Part shown: positions 5,162 through 6,080 of the stretch, one piece after another
How the letters are laid out: every line of letters starts with the position of its first letter
How positions within the stretch are numbered: position 1 is the first letter of the stretch
IMG/VR virus record: IMGVR_UViG_3300020026_000003
Location: 1-6,080 of that record
Length of the DNA stretch: 6,080 bases
Source: a virus
Strand: one strand, 5' to 3'
Translations under genes and position numbers: made by a program
Notes under the pieces: model-generated
What the model was told of the DNA's origin: nothing
Seen by the model: the letters and a program-made list of their open reading frames with translations, nothing else
The model's database searches: none

Positions 5162-6080
5162 TTAACGATTAGACAAGCGAGTAGCGAATGTTTTATTAAC
5201 GAGGTTCTTCTTCTGGACGGCATAAGACATATTCACGAAGAAATTATCCTCAACATTAGAAGCGAAAGGAGAATTAACTTGAGCCAAATCAACGAAAAGA
5301 ATGGGATAGTAACTAGCCTCAGGAAGAGAACCGGTTCCACTATAAGTATAAACGGTGCGCTGCTGAACCCAATAAGAGTAGAGGGGAACTCCAGACCCAC
5401 CTTCTGCTTCCGGCCTACTATAAGCCTGAAGTTGACCCAGCACCTCATCATAAGAAGAACGAAACTCGTTAAAACAAGGTTCGGTAGCAAATGAAGTCCC
5501 AGGGTTGCCGTTAAAAGCAAGACGGAAAGCAGGAACGTCTTGATATCCAATATCGTTATAAATGGGGTTAAAGTAATCAGGACCCATATAGTTGAGATAG
5601 TCCGGCTTAATAAATGACCAGTAATAAACAGGGCGAATACTCAACATATCAATCATATAACCAGGCTCGCGAAAGTAATAAGACTGGCGACGACCTAAAC
5701 GATTATTGAAAGCAATAGAACCACCTTGCTGCCCAAGGGGTTGATTACCAGAAAAATTGTTATCCCCGGCTTGATTCATAATAATCTGCACATTAATAGT
5801 CTGCGAGGCACTGAAGAGGAGTTTTGGACGATCAACATGCTCAATCTTGGAAGCAAAAAACGTTTCCAACCAATCATTATAACGACTACCTCCAGCACCA
5901 AGCAAGTCCTTGTATTCCTGGAGACGAGAAGCAATGGCCAACTGAGGAATAGTAGACACGCCTACCATCGATACAGCAGAATTAGAGCCAGTGGGAATAA
6001 GACGACTGAAACGATCGGGATTCGAAGGGCATACAGCCATAGGATGTGCAGTAACAAAATAGGAAACAGAAGAATTGGCC
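5162..6080 (-). CDS. VP1: Major capsid protein, C-terminal part. Positions 5960..6080 duplicate 1..121. The stop is TAA at 5164..5162.
   Basis: The 292-aa track ORF 5162..6040 is the in-frame continuation of the 1..1002 ORF. The MVGVSTIPQ junction codons were checked. The C-terminal part is aromatic- and Gly/Asn-rich (RPVYYWSFIKPDYLNYMGPDYFNPIYNDIGYQDVP), as is typical of the jelly-roll capsid C-terminus. Confidence 0.9.
   Translation of the reverse strand, partial: ANSSVSYFVTAHPMAVCPSNPDRFSRLIPTGSNSAVSMVGVSTIPQLAIASRLQEYKDLLGAGGSRYNDWLETFFASKIEHVDRPKLLFSASQTINVQIIMNQAGDNNFSGNQPLGQQGGSIAFNNRLGRRQSYYFREPGYMIDMLSIRPVYYWSFIKPDYLNYMGPDYFNPIYNDIGYQDVPAFRLAFNGNPGTSFATEPCFNEFRSSYDEVLGQLQAYSRPEAEGGSGVPLYSYWVQQRTVYTYSGTGSLPEASYYPILFVDLAQVNSPFASNVEDNFFVNMSYAVQKKNLVNKTFATRLSNR
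5960..6080. repeat. Terminal direct repeat, copy 2. It is identical to 1..121.
   Basis: Same comparison as for copy 1. Position 5959 therefore joins to position 1 in the circle. Confidence 0.97.

Larger units (their letters stand above)
1..5959 (-). other. One full unit of a circular Microviridae-like ssDNA phage genome (5959 nt). The coding, and presumably packaged, strand is the window minus strand.
   Basis: There is an exact 121-nt overlap between the window ends. The capsid ORF reads through the junction in frame. The Microviridae hallmark trio (capsid VP1, pilot VP2, HUH Rep VP4) all lie on one strand with very short spacers. Confidence 0.9.

Overview
The window is one complete, circularly permuted genome of a small ssDNA phage of the family Microviridae. 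The unit length is 5959 nt. The first 121 nt (1..121) are repeated exactly at 5960..6080, so this is a linearised circle rather than a chromosomal region. All credible genes lie on the window minus strand and are tightly packed, with 1-22 nt spacers and one TAATG stop/start overlap. Gene order on the minus strand is: major capsid protein (599 aa, split across the window ends, start at 1002), an acidic 98-aa ORF, a small membrane or lipoprotein ORF, DNA pilot protein VP2 (426 aa), two ORFans (106 and 107 aa), a hairpin-dense 237-nt non-coding region, a 66-aa ORF coupled to the replication initiator, and the HUH rolling-circle Rep VP4 (356 aa). Rep ends 3 nt before the capsid start. The three hallmark genes are recognised from conserved motifs read directly in the translations. 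No tRNA, rRNA, CRISPR array, integrase or recognisable lysis enzyme is present. The points most worth follow-up are: (1) the structured non-coding region at 2277..2513, which holds an intrinsic terminator, a compact three-way junction and two further strong hairpins; (2) a 63-aa predicted lipoprotein abutting VP2, which is a candidate lysis or superinfection-exclusion factor; (3) a long imperfect hairpin with a T-tract after the capsid module; (4) the absence of Shine-Dalgarno sequences before any gene, which hints at a Bacteroidota-type host. I found no evidence of a multi-gene defence or other novel system. The novelty here is at the level of small accessory ORFs and structured DNA/RNA inside a compact phage genome.
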